A stretch of 64,000 bases of DNA from an uncultured bacterium (lineage in GTDB: Bacteria; Hinthialibacterota; Hinthialibacteria; Hinthialibacterales; JAKPRU01): NCBI GenBank assembly GCA_964612675.1, contig CAZTDD010000004.1:38386-102385 (forward strand). Reading direction: 5' to 3'. Every line of letters starts with the position of its first letter. Position 1 is the first letter of the stretch. The notes below the pieces were generated by a model that saw only the letters and a program-made list of their open reading frames with translations, was not told where the DNA came from and made no database searches. A program made the translations under genes and the position numbers. Below are positions 9,272 through 18,062 of this stretch, in pieces.

Positions 9272-10171
9272 ATGGCCGAACGATCCCCATATAATCTCTG
9301 TTTCTGCGGCTCGCTCGATCCTCCAACCAGGTACGAGGACTCGCGTTTTGTGGTCGTCCCGATTCCATACGACCACACGTGCACATACGGCACCGGTGCT
9401 CGTTTCGGCCCGCGTGCCATTCTCGAAGCCTCTGCGAACATCGAGTTGTACGACGAGTTCCTGGACTGCGAACCGTACCGCGCCGGCATCTGGACTCACG
9501 AATCGGTGGAACCGGTGGTCACCGGCCCAAAAGAGATGACCGAACGCGTGCGCTCGCTGATAGCGGGGCTTCTCGATGAGGGAAAAACCCCAGTCCTTTT
9601 GGGGGGAGAGCACAGCATTTCTCTCGGAGCGGTGGAGGCGTGTCGCCGGAAAGAACCGTCTCTCTCCGTTCTTGTTATCGATGCACACGCGGATCTTCGA
9701 CCCGAATACCAGGGGAGTCCTTACAGCCATGCGTGCGTACAAAGGCGTTTTCTGGATTTCGGTTGTTCGGTGGTCCAAATCGGGGTCCGAAGTCTTTCCG
9801 GGGAAGAGGCGAAGTACCGAAAAACCGTGCCGAGACTAGCAAGTCTAAGCGTCCAGGATTATCGTGAGATGATGCGAACGGATCCGGAGGATTTCCGTTC
9901 GATCCTCGGAGAGCATTTGACGGATAAGATTTATCTCAGTATCGATTTGGACGGTCTCGATCCGTCGATCATGCCGGCGACCGGTACACCGGAACCGGGT
10001 GGATTGCTCTGGGAAGAGATTACGGAAATTCTGACACAGGTTTGGCGGCGAGGGAGTATCGTCGGGGCGGATATTGTGGAATTGGAACCGATTCCAGGAA
10101 TGCGAGCCCCGGATGTACTCGCAGCCCGACTCACCTATCGGTTGATGGGCCTCGTCGCAGCAAAGAAATAA
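9272..10171 (+). CDS. speB: Agmatinase / ureohydrolase (arginase family)
   Basis: 299 aa. Arginase-family Mn-binding signatures are present: GGEHSIS, VLVIDAHADLRP and LSIDLDGLDPS. The N-terminal TYGTGARFGPRAI block is typical of agmatinases. Confidence 0.85.
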   Translation: MAERSPYNLCFCGSLDPPTRYEDSRFVVVPIPYDHTCTYGTGARFGPRAILEASANIELYDEFLDCEPYRAGIWTHESVEPVVTGPKEMTERVRSLIAGLLDEGKTPVLLGGEHSISLGAVEACRRKEPSLSVLVIDAHADLRPEYQGSPYSHACVQRRFLDFGCSVVQIGVRSLSGEEAKYRKTVPRLASLSVQDYREMMRTDPEDFRSILGEHLTDKIYLSIDLDGLDPSIMPATGTPEPGGLLWEEITEILTQVWRRGSIVGADIVELEPIPGMRAPDVLAARLTYRLMGLVAAKK

Positions 10172-10195
10172 ACAAGAAGAAGTGGGGGGAACCGA

Positions 10196-10759
10196 ATGGA
10201 CACCATTGGAAAACTCGTTCCGAGAAGAATGTTTTTGACAAAAGGCGTCGGCTGGCACAAAGAAGAGCTGCGCTCGTTCGAGATGGCGCTACGCGGCGCG
10301 GGGATCGAAAAATGTAACCTGGTGAATGTTTCGAGTATTCTCCCGCCGGGCTGCAAGATCATTCCCACGGACAAAGGAATCAAAGAACTCGTTCCGGGCC
10401 AGATCACCTATTGTGTGATGGCACGTTGTTCAACCAATGAGCCCCGCCGGAAATTGGCGGCCTCGATCGGTGTCGCGATCCCGCGAGCCAAAGGGACGTA
10501 CGGTTATCTGAGCGAACACCACGCCTTCGGGCAGTCCAAGCAGGAAGCGGGCGATTACGCCGAAGATTTGGCGGCGGCCATGCTCGCTACCACACTCGGT
10601 ATCGAATTCGATGAAGACAGCTCGTGGGACGAGAAGGAAGAGGTGTACCGCCTGTCAGGGAAAATCGTTGGCAGCAAAAACATCACTTCGGTAGCCGTGA
10701 ACAAACCCGGTGGATATACGACGGTGGTTGCGGCAGCCATTTTCTTGTTGGAACCCTAG
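10196..10759 (+). CDS. pdaD: Pyruvoyl-dependent arginine decarboxylase (PdaD/AaxB family)
   Basis: 187 aa. FEMALRGAGIEKCNLVNVSSILPPGCKIIP aligns with the archaeal PdaD self-cleavage region (..NVNLIRISS|IMPP..) and keeps the Ser-Ser processing site. It starts 25 bp downstream of speB on the same strand, making a putrescine pathway pair. Confidence 0.8.
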   Translation: MDTIGKLVPRRMFLTKGVGWHKEELRSFEMALRGAGIEKCNLVNVSSILPPGCKIIPTDKGIKELVPGQITYCVMARCSTNEPRRKLAASIGVAIPRAKGTYGYLSEHHAFGQSKQEAGDYAEDLAAAMLATTLGIEFDEDSSWDEKEEVYRLSGKIVGSKNITSVAVNKPGGYTTVVAAAIFLLEP

Positions 10760-10807
10760 TTTTCTCGAGCGTTCATTGCGGGTACGCGTTTATTGGCGAC
10801 ATATATT

Positions 10808-10940
10808 CAATGTCACGAAGCCGAGTCATCCGCGAGAGAATGCCGGGAGCGCGAGTCTCCCGACGAACCGAAGAGAACAGAAAGACTCGGCTCAGCAGGA
10901 GCTTCGCCCTCCCACGACCAGCCCACGTCAGCCTAACGTG
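10808..10940. repeat. Degenerate copy of hairpin repeat family 2
   Basis: The right arm cggctcagcaggagcttcgccctccc (10888-10913) is a perfect family-2 arm. The left arm cgggagcgcgagtctcccgacgaaccg (10844-10870) is degenerate. The flank caatgtcacgaag is related to the family TIR caatgtcattaagtt. Lies in the convergent gap after pdaD. Confidence 0.5.
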
Positions 10941-10964
10941 ACGGTACATGCAAATACCATTGGC

Positions 10965-12320
10965 TCATGCGTTCCGGCAGCCGGGCCGGACATACAAAGA
11001 CGAAAACTCCTCGGTAGTAAGGATGTCCCGGTCAAGCAGCTCCAAGCCTGTTTTTACCCGGACCGATTCGGCACGCGCCGCCCCAAGTTCATCCAGCTTA
11101 CGGTGGGGGCTGAACTCGTGGCGACATAGAACGGGGATCCCGTGAAGCGACAGTTCCAGGTTCCGTAGCCACTCGATCATTCTCTTCGCATTTTCCTGCA
11201 CCGTCCGTGCGTGATTGGTCAACAGCTGGTATTGCGCTGTTCCCCAGGATTCGGTGGTTCCCCAATTCCTTCCCAGCATAAACGGCGCGAGATGAAGGGC
11301 CGAAATGACCTGTTCGCTGATCGCCTGCAGACTTTCCTGCCAGCGTGTCCTACTCCCCGTCGGACCGATGTAGTCCACCTCGATATTGTCGAACGTAATG
11401 AAGTTGCTGTCGGGCTTTTTCTCTCTGAGCCGGTCTCGGATTTCGTTGAATTCTCTCGCGGTTCGTTCGTTGTACGCGGATGGCGACTCACCGGGCCGTA
11501 GAGAACCGGGAGTGTACTTCACATGAAGCGTGGGGTAGCCCGCGTTGTGTGAAGCGCGTGCAATATCGATGACCATCTGTTGTTGAATCCTGGCGATGAG
11601 AGGCACCGCCAAGAGCGGGGAGCGGCCGTACGGTGAGTCGCCTTCCGCATCGAGTCCGTAATAGAAGAATGACCCGGGATTCAGCTGAATCGTTGTTCCA
11701 TTGGGGAGAAGTTGGAAGGGCAGCAACCGGCGCTCGCGCTGCGTCCGTCGAAATCGAATCATAGCCGGATCGATGATATAAAACTTGTCGATCCGCTTGC
11801 GGTTATTCGACAGAACAACCTCCCCCGCAAAAGCCCCATAGGTGAATACGGAAAGGAAGAAGGAGCCAACAAGAGCCTGCATCCCCTGGCCTTTTACGTG
11901 TGTGAATTCGTGGATACGTTCGTCGAGATCTGCGAGGATCTGCCTGGCATGGTGGAGGTCGCTCTGGGAGCCGCCGTCGAAGTGGAGGCTTTGCGGTGTG
12001 TTACAGAGCCGAACCCACGCCCACACGCCCGCCGACACGTCCGGTATACGGTCGCGCAGATAACGCAGGACCGGATATAGGACGGAAGGATCGGGCTCCT
12101 GGACCGGTATCATTCCCGGTTCGGAGAGTGTTCCGGACGGTGGAAAAGGACTACTTGTGGCGGCGAGCGGATGCGTAGGCAACTGGTTGGGATCTGCGAC
12201 AGTGTCGAGAACACGGCTGGGTGGATGAGAATTCGACCGGCGCCGAAAGATGCGGGGTAGTGGATTCCACATGGCAGCTCCTGAGTGTAAAAAAAGCGTG
12301 ATTCCGAAGAGTCCCTTCAA
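10965..12320 (-). CDS. Hypothetical protein (451 aa), no firm family; weak portal-protein-like motifs
   Basis: Long ORF with good coding texture and a Pro-rich N-terminal region. The C-terminal blocks YYGLDAEGDSPYGRSPLLAVPLIA and SALHLAPFMLGRNWGT are reminiscent of HK97-type portal proteins, but this is a guess. No other phage genes lie nearby. Confidence 0.45.
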   Translation of the reverse strand: MKGLFGITLFLHSGAAMWNPLPRIFRRRSNSHPPSRVLDTVADPNQLPTHPLAATSSPFPPSGTLSEPGMIPVQEPDPSVLYPVLRYLRDRIPDVSAGVWAWVRLCNTPQSLHFDGGSQSDLHHARQILADLDERIHEFTHVKGQGMQALVGSFFLSVFTYGAFAGEVVLSNNRKRIDKFYIIDPAMIRFRRTQRERRLLPFQLLPNGTTIQLNPGSFFYYGLDAEGDSPYGRSPLLAVPLIARIQQQMVIDIARASHNAGYPTLHVKYTPGSLRPGESPSAYNERTAREFNEIRDRLREKKPDSNFITFDNIEVDYIGPTGSRTRWQESLQAISEQVISALHLAPFMLGRNWGTTESWGTAQYQLLTNHARTVQENAKRMIEWLRNLELSLHGIPVLCRHEFSPHRKLDELGAARAESVRVKTGLELLDRDILTTEEFSSLYVRPGCRNA

Positions 12321-12475
12321 AAATCAGCATTCATGGCGGCAAAATCGGGTATTCTGTTCTCAAAGGTCTCATTTGACAGTTGATTCTCATTGACTTAAGG
12401 TGTGCCGTGATTTTGCGTTGAAACTGAAAGGGCTATCGTCTCAGCCCAGCGTGTTCAAATCAGTGAGGAATTCCT

Positions 12476-15400
12476 GTGAACGAAAAACCATCGAAAAAAA
12501 TTTCCGTGACCCAGGCCGGACTGCTGATACTTGGGCTTTTTATCCTGGCGGCCTTTCTCAGGTTGTGCTTCCTGAGTCAGATGGCGTATCACCACGATGA
12601 GTCGCTGCACGCCTACTACTCCTACAAACTCTACGACAACACAACCGATGCATCCGGGCGTTCGGCGTATAAGTACGACCCGGTTTATCACGGACCGTTT
12701 CTGTACCACTGGGGCGCTCTGATTTTCTTTCTGTTCGGCGATTCAGACTTCACGGGACGTTTGCCTTTCGTGCTGTTCGGGCTATTGATGCTGTATCTGG
12801 TCTTGCGGTTGCGGCCGTACATCGGGACCGCCGGTGTAATTTTCACTCTTGCGGCGGTGACCGTATCCCCTGTGTTGACATATTTCGCTCGCTTCGCCAG
12901 GAACGATGTGTACGTAGCTACAGAGTCTCTGGCGATCGTCGTATTCGCTCTCGACTACTTTCGCACGAAACGGCCGGTTTATTTGATCTGGATGCTGTTC
13001 TTTTTGGGGCTTCTCTACTGCACAAAAGAGAATTCTCTAATGATGGGCTTCATTTTGTGCTCGTATGTGGTTTTGTATGGGGCCTATTATATATGGTTTC
13101 GGCCGGCAGGAACGCGAAAACATGCCATCCGCACAATTGTTTCCGATTACGCGCCATTTACGAAATCCTTGATCATCTATGGCCTCTTCTCGTTTTTCGC
13201 GTTTTTCTACTCGAAAATCATCATCTCGCAGATCGATTGGAGCGGCATTCCGGGCGATCTGGGTTTGGGAGTGATCCAAAGCCAGATGAGATCGTACCTC
13301 ACCGAGCATTCCGCTTTTACCGAGATGTGGCTCACGTTTGCCGTTGTCACAACCGCCGTTGTGTTTGGGGCCTTGTGGTATGTGCGGCGTATGGTGGAGA
13401 AGGGACGGGGCGACGCACTGGAAGGCGAAGAACGCTGGAAGGCGATCTCTCGTGAGTATTACCCGCTTGTAATGGGATGGGCGGTCGTTGTCATCCTTTA
13501 CTGTGCGCTTTTCACCACGCTGTTCTACCACCGTGAGGGCCTCAAACGGGGTCTTGTCGAGTATTACGCGTACTGGATCGGCCAACAAAGCGTTCGTCCT
13601 CGTATTCATGGGGGAGCGGCGTATTATATTCCTCGCCTTGCGCTTTATGAGATTCTTCCGATTTTGTTTGGAATCGCCGCTTATGTGTTTTACCTGGTCC
13701 GAGGAATCGGGTGGGCTTGGACCTGCGCTTTGCAGCCGGTTCTTTTGGGCGCGTTAAGAGAATTCTACTCCTACGTCGGCAACCCGGAGACATTTCGCTC
13801 GAATCTCGTTTGGCATTTCCTCGAGTTCCTCTTCTTCGTGGCGCTGGGCGGACTGATTTTTGCGGCGTTCAAGATTTACGAATTGGTGTTAAAGAAACCG
13901 CCTGAAGAAGAAGTGCCGGTATCGAGAGAGAGCCCGCCGGGCGACGTGAACGGGTTCCGAATGTTCCTTATTTATTGGAGCTTGAGCGCCCTGATCATCT
14001 ACAGCATACTGAACGAGAAAGTTCCATGGCTGCTGACCCACCAGGCGCTGCCGCTCTGTCTTTTGGCGGGAACTTTTGCAGGAGATTTGTGGAACAGGCT
14101 GGGACGCGGTACGGCAAGAACAGCTGTTGCGGTAGCATTCTGCGTTCTCGCGGTTTATGGGCTTCGCAGCAACGTTCTCCTCAATTTCTACAATCCCGAC
14201 GATCCTCGCGAGTTAATGGTTTATACGCAGAGTACAGAGGAGGTCGTTCAAGTTCGCGACGAGGTACTGAACGTTGCGTATCTCCTCGGAGAAAAGAAAT
14301 ATCTTCTGCGTCGCGATGAAGAACGGGATCGGTACCAAACACAGCGCGCAGAAACTCTTGTGGCAATGCAGGGGCATACTCAATGGCCGTATGTTTGGTA
14401 TTTCAGGAAGTACCGGTCTCATCCCGGAATGCCCTATAAACCGCTACCCCCCGTTGTTATCGCCGATCCGGAAATGGATTCGCAAATGGAGAGCCTGGCG
14501 GGTGGGAAATACTCCGTCCGTCGTTATCCGTTGCGGGCGTGGTGGCCGCCGTGGGCGAAGACGTTGTGGCCGTTCGACGCGGTCGACGATCCGGACCAGA
14601 CACAAATCAACGATACCGCAGAGGCCTGGGAAGCGCTTTGGGACTATGTTTGGAATCGCAAGGTCTGGAGTCCGCCCGGCTCGTCCGACATGCTGCTCTA
14701 TGTGCGAAAAGACCTCTTCCGGATGGTTCCGGCTCCGGAGGTGGACGAGGGATACGATAGTACTCCGAAAGCGATTCAACCTGTGCGTGTCTGGGGCACG
14801 ACCGGAAGCGCTCCCGGACAGTTCCAGGGTCCGAAAGGCATTGCGGTCTCACCGGACGGGCAGCGGATTTACGTTTTGGACAGCGGTAACGCTCGGATTC
14901 AGGTATTCGATCCAAACGGAACATTCCAGGCTCAGTTCGGCGGACCGGGAGACGGTCCCGGCCAGTTCAATCCGGGGTTCGGCGGTCCATGCGGCGGGAT
15001 CGATGTAAGTCCGAACGGTACGATCTATGCCACCGACACATGGGGCGCGGGCGGACGAGGTCGGGTTCTCGTTTTCGATGCGGCAGGGAACCCCGTCAAT
15101 TCCTGGTCGGAGGCGGAACCGGGCGGAGGATTCTTCGGGCCTCGGGGAATAGCAGTCGCCCCGGACGGCCGGGTGTTCGTGTCCGATACCGGGCATAAAC
15201 GGTTGGTTGTTTTCACGGCCGACGGCCGGTTCATGAACACAATCGGAGGCGAAGGAGCCGGTCCGGGACAGTTTGTCGAGCCGGTCGGCTTGACCGTCAC
15301 CTCCAATAATGAAGTGTACGTAGCCGACGTCGGTAATCGACGAATACAGGTGCTTGGTACCGATGGTGGATTTCATCGGCAGTGGAATATCCTTGGCTGG

Positions 15401-15646
15401 ACCGAAGATTCACAGGGGATGATTTGGGTGGAACCCTATATTGCCGTCGGTCCCGACGGGTGGATTTACGTGAGCGACTCAAAACGGAAACTGATCCACC
15501 GTTTCAACAGAGGCGGGAAACAGGTGGTCCTCGGGAAGAGTTCGGCGGGCTTCGGTTTGCCAAAAGGGATCGCGTGCGGACCGGAAGGGTTCGTCTATGT
15601 TGTGGATCAGGAACGGTGCCAGGTACAGAAGTTCCAATTTCAGTGA
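12476..15646 (+). CDS. GT-C fold glycosyltransferase-like membrane protein (GT39/ArnT/TIGR03663-like) fused to a C-terminal NHL-repeat beta-propeller
   Basis: The 1056-aa N-terminal half has about 12 predicted TM segments. An HHDESLHAYYSYKL loop resembles the DE catalytic loop of PMT/ArnT-type GT-C enzymes. The C-terminal 300 aa carry six NHL-type repeats (e.g. YVLDSGNARIQVFDPNGTF, FVSDTGHKRLVVFTADGRF, YVADVGNRRIQVLG). Confidence 0.7.
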   Translation: MNEKPSKKISVTQAGLLILGLFILAAFLRLCFLSQMAYHHDESLHAYYSYKLYDNTTDASGRSAYKYDPVYHGPFLYHWGALIFFLFGDSDFTGRLPFVLFGLLMLYLVLRLRPYIGTAGVIFTLAAVTVSPVLTYFARFARNDVYVATESLAIVVFALDYFRTKRPVYLIWMLFFLGLLYCTKENSLMMGFILCSYVVLYGAYYIWFRPAGTRKHAIRTIVSDYAPFTKSLIIYGLFSFFAFFYSKIIISQIDWSGIPGDLGLGVIQSQMRSYLTEHSAFTEMWLTFAVVTTAVVFGALWYVRRMVEKGRGDALEGEERWKAISREYYPLVMGWAVVVILYCALFTTLFYHREGLKRGLVEYYAYWIGQQSVRPRIHGGAAYYIPRLALYEILPILFGIAAYVFYLVRGIGWAWTCALQPVLLGALREFYSYVGNPETFRSNLVWHFLEFLFFVALGGLIFAAFKIYELVLKKPPEEEVPVSRESPPGDVNGFRMFLIYWSLSALIIYSILNEKVPWLLTHQALPLCLLAGTFAGDLWNRLGRGTARTAVAVAFCVLAVYGLRSNVLLNFYNPDDPRELMVYTQSTEEVVQVRDEVLNVAYLLGEKKYLLRRDEERDRYQTQRAETLVAMQGHTQWPYVWYFRKYRSHPGMPYKPLPPVVIADPEMDSQMESLAGGKYSVRRYPLRAWWPPWAKTLWPFDAVDDPDQTQINDTAEAWEALWDYVWNRKVWSPPGSSDMLLYVRKDLFRMVPAPEVDEGYDSTPKAIQPVRVWGTTGSAPGQFQGPKGIAVSPDGQRIYVLDSGNARIQVFDPNGTFQAQFGGPGDGPGQFNPGFGGPCGGIDVSPNGTIYATDTWGAGGRGRVLVFDAAGNPVNSWSEAEPGGGFFGPRGIAVAPDGRVFVSDTGHKRLVVFTADGRFMNTIGGEGAGPGQFVEPVGLTVTSNNEVYVADVGNRRIQVLGTDGGFHRQWNILGWTEDSQGMIWVEPYIAVGPDGWIYVSDSKRKLIHRFNRGGKQVVLGKSSAGFGLPKGIACGPEGFVYVVDQERCQVQKFQFQ

Positions 15647-15713
15647 GACGAAAGACCGGGCAATATCTTGCCCAGCGGGATGGAATGCGGTAGCTTATCG
15701 ATGCCTTCAATAC

Positions 15714-15785
15714 GGCGGCGTAGCCAAGTGGTAAGGCAGAGGACTGCAAATCCTTTATTCACCGGTTCGAATCCGGTCGCCGCCT
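15714..15785 (+). tRNA. tRNA-Cys (anticodon GCA)
   Basis: 72-nt cloverleaf: acceptor GGCGGCG/CGCCGCC, D-arm GCCAAGTGGTAAGGC, anticodon stem GAGGA/TCCTT with loop CTGCAAA (GCA), T-arm ACCGG-TTCGAAT-CCGGT, discriminator T. No encoded CCA. Confidence 0.85.
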
Positions 15786-16104
15786 TTTGAATCTTGCCCC
15801 ATCGGAATAGAGTCGGAAATACGCATGCACGCGCTCGAGGCCCTTGGCGTAGTCGTAGGATCAACCAGTTGGTGGGCTACGGGCTCCTGTAAACATTGAT
15901 TCGGCACTGTAGTGTGGAACGACGCCCGTGAGCCCATCCTACAATCTGAGTCATTCCAGAGACAATGTTGATGAGTAAATGAAAGCGGTCCGCGCCGGAA
16001 CCTCTCGTTTCCGGCATCCACCATCGTGAGCGGGTAGGTTGTTGTAAGGGAAATACTCCATCGGCCGAGCCGGAAAGTTCAAACTCAAGAGAATCGTCTG
16101 AATC

Positions 16105-17340
16105 TTATGGCTGAACGACCAGCCCCCGTTCCGGGCCTTCCTGAACGACTAACGCATAGTCGAAAGCACTGTCCCCCGGCCCCTCGAACGTGTACGACCA
16201 GGTTTGTCCGCTCTTGCGGCCCCTAACAAGGAGCAGTGTGGCTCCTTCGTATTTCTGGGCGATCGAGCGGTCAAAACCGGCTCGTAACATCGCGGCTTTG
16301 TCCGGTACCATTTCGGTTCTCAAGAGATCGCGGCCCGCCCAAGGAGCGTCTTGGTCGCCAAGAAATCGCCGGTCGCGATGGAACGCAACGACTTTGGTCA
16401 ATCCCCGGACTACGAACCTATCCTCGATTGTACTGAGCGTGACCTCGGTTCCCGGCCCGAAATCCGCTGCGGCCCGGGATATCTGAACCTCGCCGGAACC
16501 CCCGGGCACCAGTGAAGGTCGCACAATATCCAGAGAATCGACCTTGACCAAATACTCAGCGCTGCACCAGCCCACTTTCATACGAGAAGACTGTACACGC
16601 CACCATTCCCCCTGCTCATTGAGGAGTATCAACACATCCCCCCGTCGCAAACGTTGAATAGACCGATGATCCGTGCGCGGACCGTCGCGCAGGTTGAGCC
16701 GGTCGACCGTGACCACCACGGGGATGTTGTCGAGCGGCTCCAGGTATTTGGTGTGAATCCATCCTTCGAGACCGTCGAAAGTCCGCGCATGAGCCCACCG
16801 ATCCACCTCATCGATTCGCACCAAGAGCGTGCCTCGGATGAGGGCGTCCAACACCTCATAATCCAGTCCCGGGCCGTCACGAAACCGAACGGCGCTGCCG
16901 GTGACACGGAATGTCCGTCCCGGCGGGAGGACAACCGGTAGCATCGGAAGTTCGGGGAAGGTCGCGGAATCGACTTCGGCATCGGACGCAGCTGTCTCGA
17001 AATCCGGTTCGAAAGAGGGCATGATCGCCGACGCATCGCCTTCAGGTTGCGGTTCCACGGAGAACCCCTGCGAAGGTATGGGTGTTGGAGTAGGAGTGGG
17101 TTCTTCTTTCTCTCCTTCGATTTCGGCAATCTGGTCCAAAGGAATCTTGAGAGTGACTCCGGCAATATCGACGACCAGGACTTCGTCCGTTCGCTCAACG
17201 ATATCCGCCGCTATTCTGTCTCCGCTTTTCAAGTGGATGACCTCCGCCGGTGTCGCTCCCGGGAAGAGAAGGAAAGACAGCAGAATCAACGAACAGCACC
17301 ATCGGATCATCGGACGAACCTCCCAGAACGATTTGACCAT
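16105..17340 (-). CDS. Secreted protein with two bacterial SH3 (SH3b) domains
   Basis: Signal-peptide-like N-terminus (CCSLILLSFLLFPGATPAEV) and a PTPTPTP linker. Two SH3_3-like segments: TGSAVRFRDGPGLDYEVLDALIRGTLLVRIDEVDRWAHARTFDGLEGWIHTKYL and LNLRDGPRTDHRSIQRLRRGDVLILLNEQGEWWRV. Confidence 0.5.
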   Translation of the reverse strand: MVKSFWEVRPMIRWCCSLILLSFLLFPGATPAEVIHLKSGDRIAADIVERTDEVLVVDIAGVTLKIPLDQIAEIEGEKEEPTPTPTPIPSQGFSVEPQPEGDASAIMPSFEPDFETAASDAEVDSATFPELPMLPVVLPPGRTFRVTGSAVRFRDGPGLDYEVLDALIRGTLLVRIDEVDRWAHARTFDGLEGWIHTKYLEPLDNIPVVVTVDRLNLRDGPRTDHRSIQRLRRGDVLILLNEQGEWWRVQSSRMKVGWCSAEYLVKVDSLDIVRPSLVPGGSGEVQISRAAADFGPGTEVTLSTIEDRFVVRGLTKVVAFHRDRRFLGDQDAPWAGRDLLRTEMVPDKAAMLRAGFDRSIAQKYEGATLLLVRGRKSGQTWSYTFEGPGDSAFDYALVVQEGPERGLVVQP

Positions 17341-17481
17341 GCAGCGGCGTCACCGGTCCTGCTAAATGCTAACACAATTGTCTCTGAACAAGGACAGGGG
17401 CTCTGTTTGAACATGCAAACGTTGTAACGAATCGAAAAGCAACGGAGAAGGCAAGAAGGAACAACCATATGATTTGCATAC

Positions 17482-17982
17482 TCAACCGCGTTGGCTTTGC
17501 TCTTTGTCCAGACGGTGAAGATCGCGCCGCAGTTTTTCAAGTTTGTCCCGCATATTCTTCTGATGGGTTCCATGCCAGAAAACCTGGTCACAGGTTTTGC
17601 AATACCAGAACTCGTTCACTGTCTTAAAGACATGCGGCGGAATTTGTTTTCGGTGAGGGTGTTTTGGAACGGAAACCAATTCCTCGTTGCAGGTGAGACA
17701 TCTGGAAAAAGGCGAATAGTCCAGATCCAAGCCGTACTGACGCATCACAAGCCAGAGTTGGATCTCCGGATGTTCGGTCGGCAGAAAAACGACCCGAACG
17801 TGTGGAAAGCGATCCGCAAAGGTAGTATCCCGCGTCAGAACGATACGGTCTTCCCTATCGGCGATTGCCGCGAGTTCGGAGTCGTCGATCTCCCGTTCGT
17901 ACAGCGTGTCGTAGCCGATCATTCGCAGCCACCAACAAAGCCGCCCCACCATATCGTCTGCGAAGAACCTGGTTGTTGTCAT
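17482..17982 (-). CDS. Mut7-C RNase domain protein (PIN-like nuclease plus C-terminal zinc ribbon; PF01927/DUF82)
   Basis: 166 aa. N-terminal FFADDMVGRLCWWLRMIGYDT and IVLTRDTTF blocks are typical of Mut7-C/DUF82. The C-terminal CLTCNEEL...WYCKTCDQVFWHG forms a Cys4 ribbon. Confidence 0.7.
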   Translation of the reverse strand: MTTTRFFADDMVGRLCWWLRMIGYDTLYEREIDDSELAAIADREDRIVLTRDTTFADRFPHVRVVFLPTEHPEIQLWLVMRQYGLDLDYSPFSRCLTCNEELVSVPKHPHRKQIPPHVFKTVNEFWYCKTCDQVFWHGTHQKNMRDKLEKLRRDLHRLDKEQSQRG

Positions 17983-18062
17983 CTCTCCCGCTCGCCCATC
18001 TAGGCATTCTCCGGTAGTGTCCGATGTCTGAGCGCTCAGGTCAAGATGGTTTACCGAAAATC

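Noticed and set aside
9194-9778. 194-aa minus-strand ORF
   Set aside because: Antisense to speB, whose arginase-family motifs are unambiguous.
14274-15008. 244-aa plus-strand ORF in an alternative frame within the NHL region
   Set aside because: It overlaps the strongly supported NHL-repeat coding frame. Arg-rich junk translation.
15755-16024. 89-aa minus-strand ORF
   Set aside because: It overlaps the tRNA-Cys gene and its flank. Unlikely to be coding.
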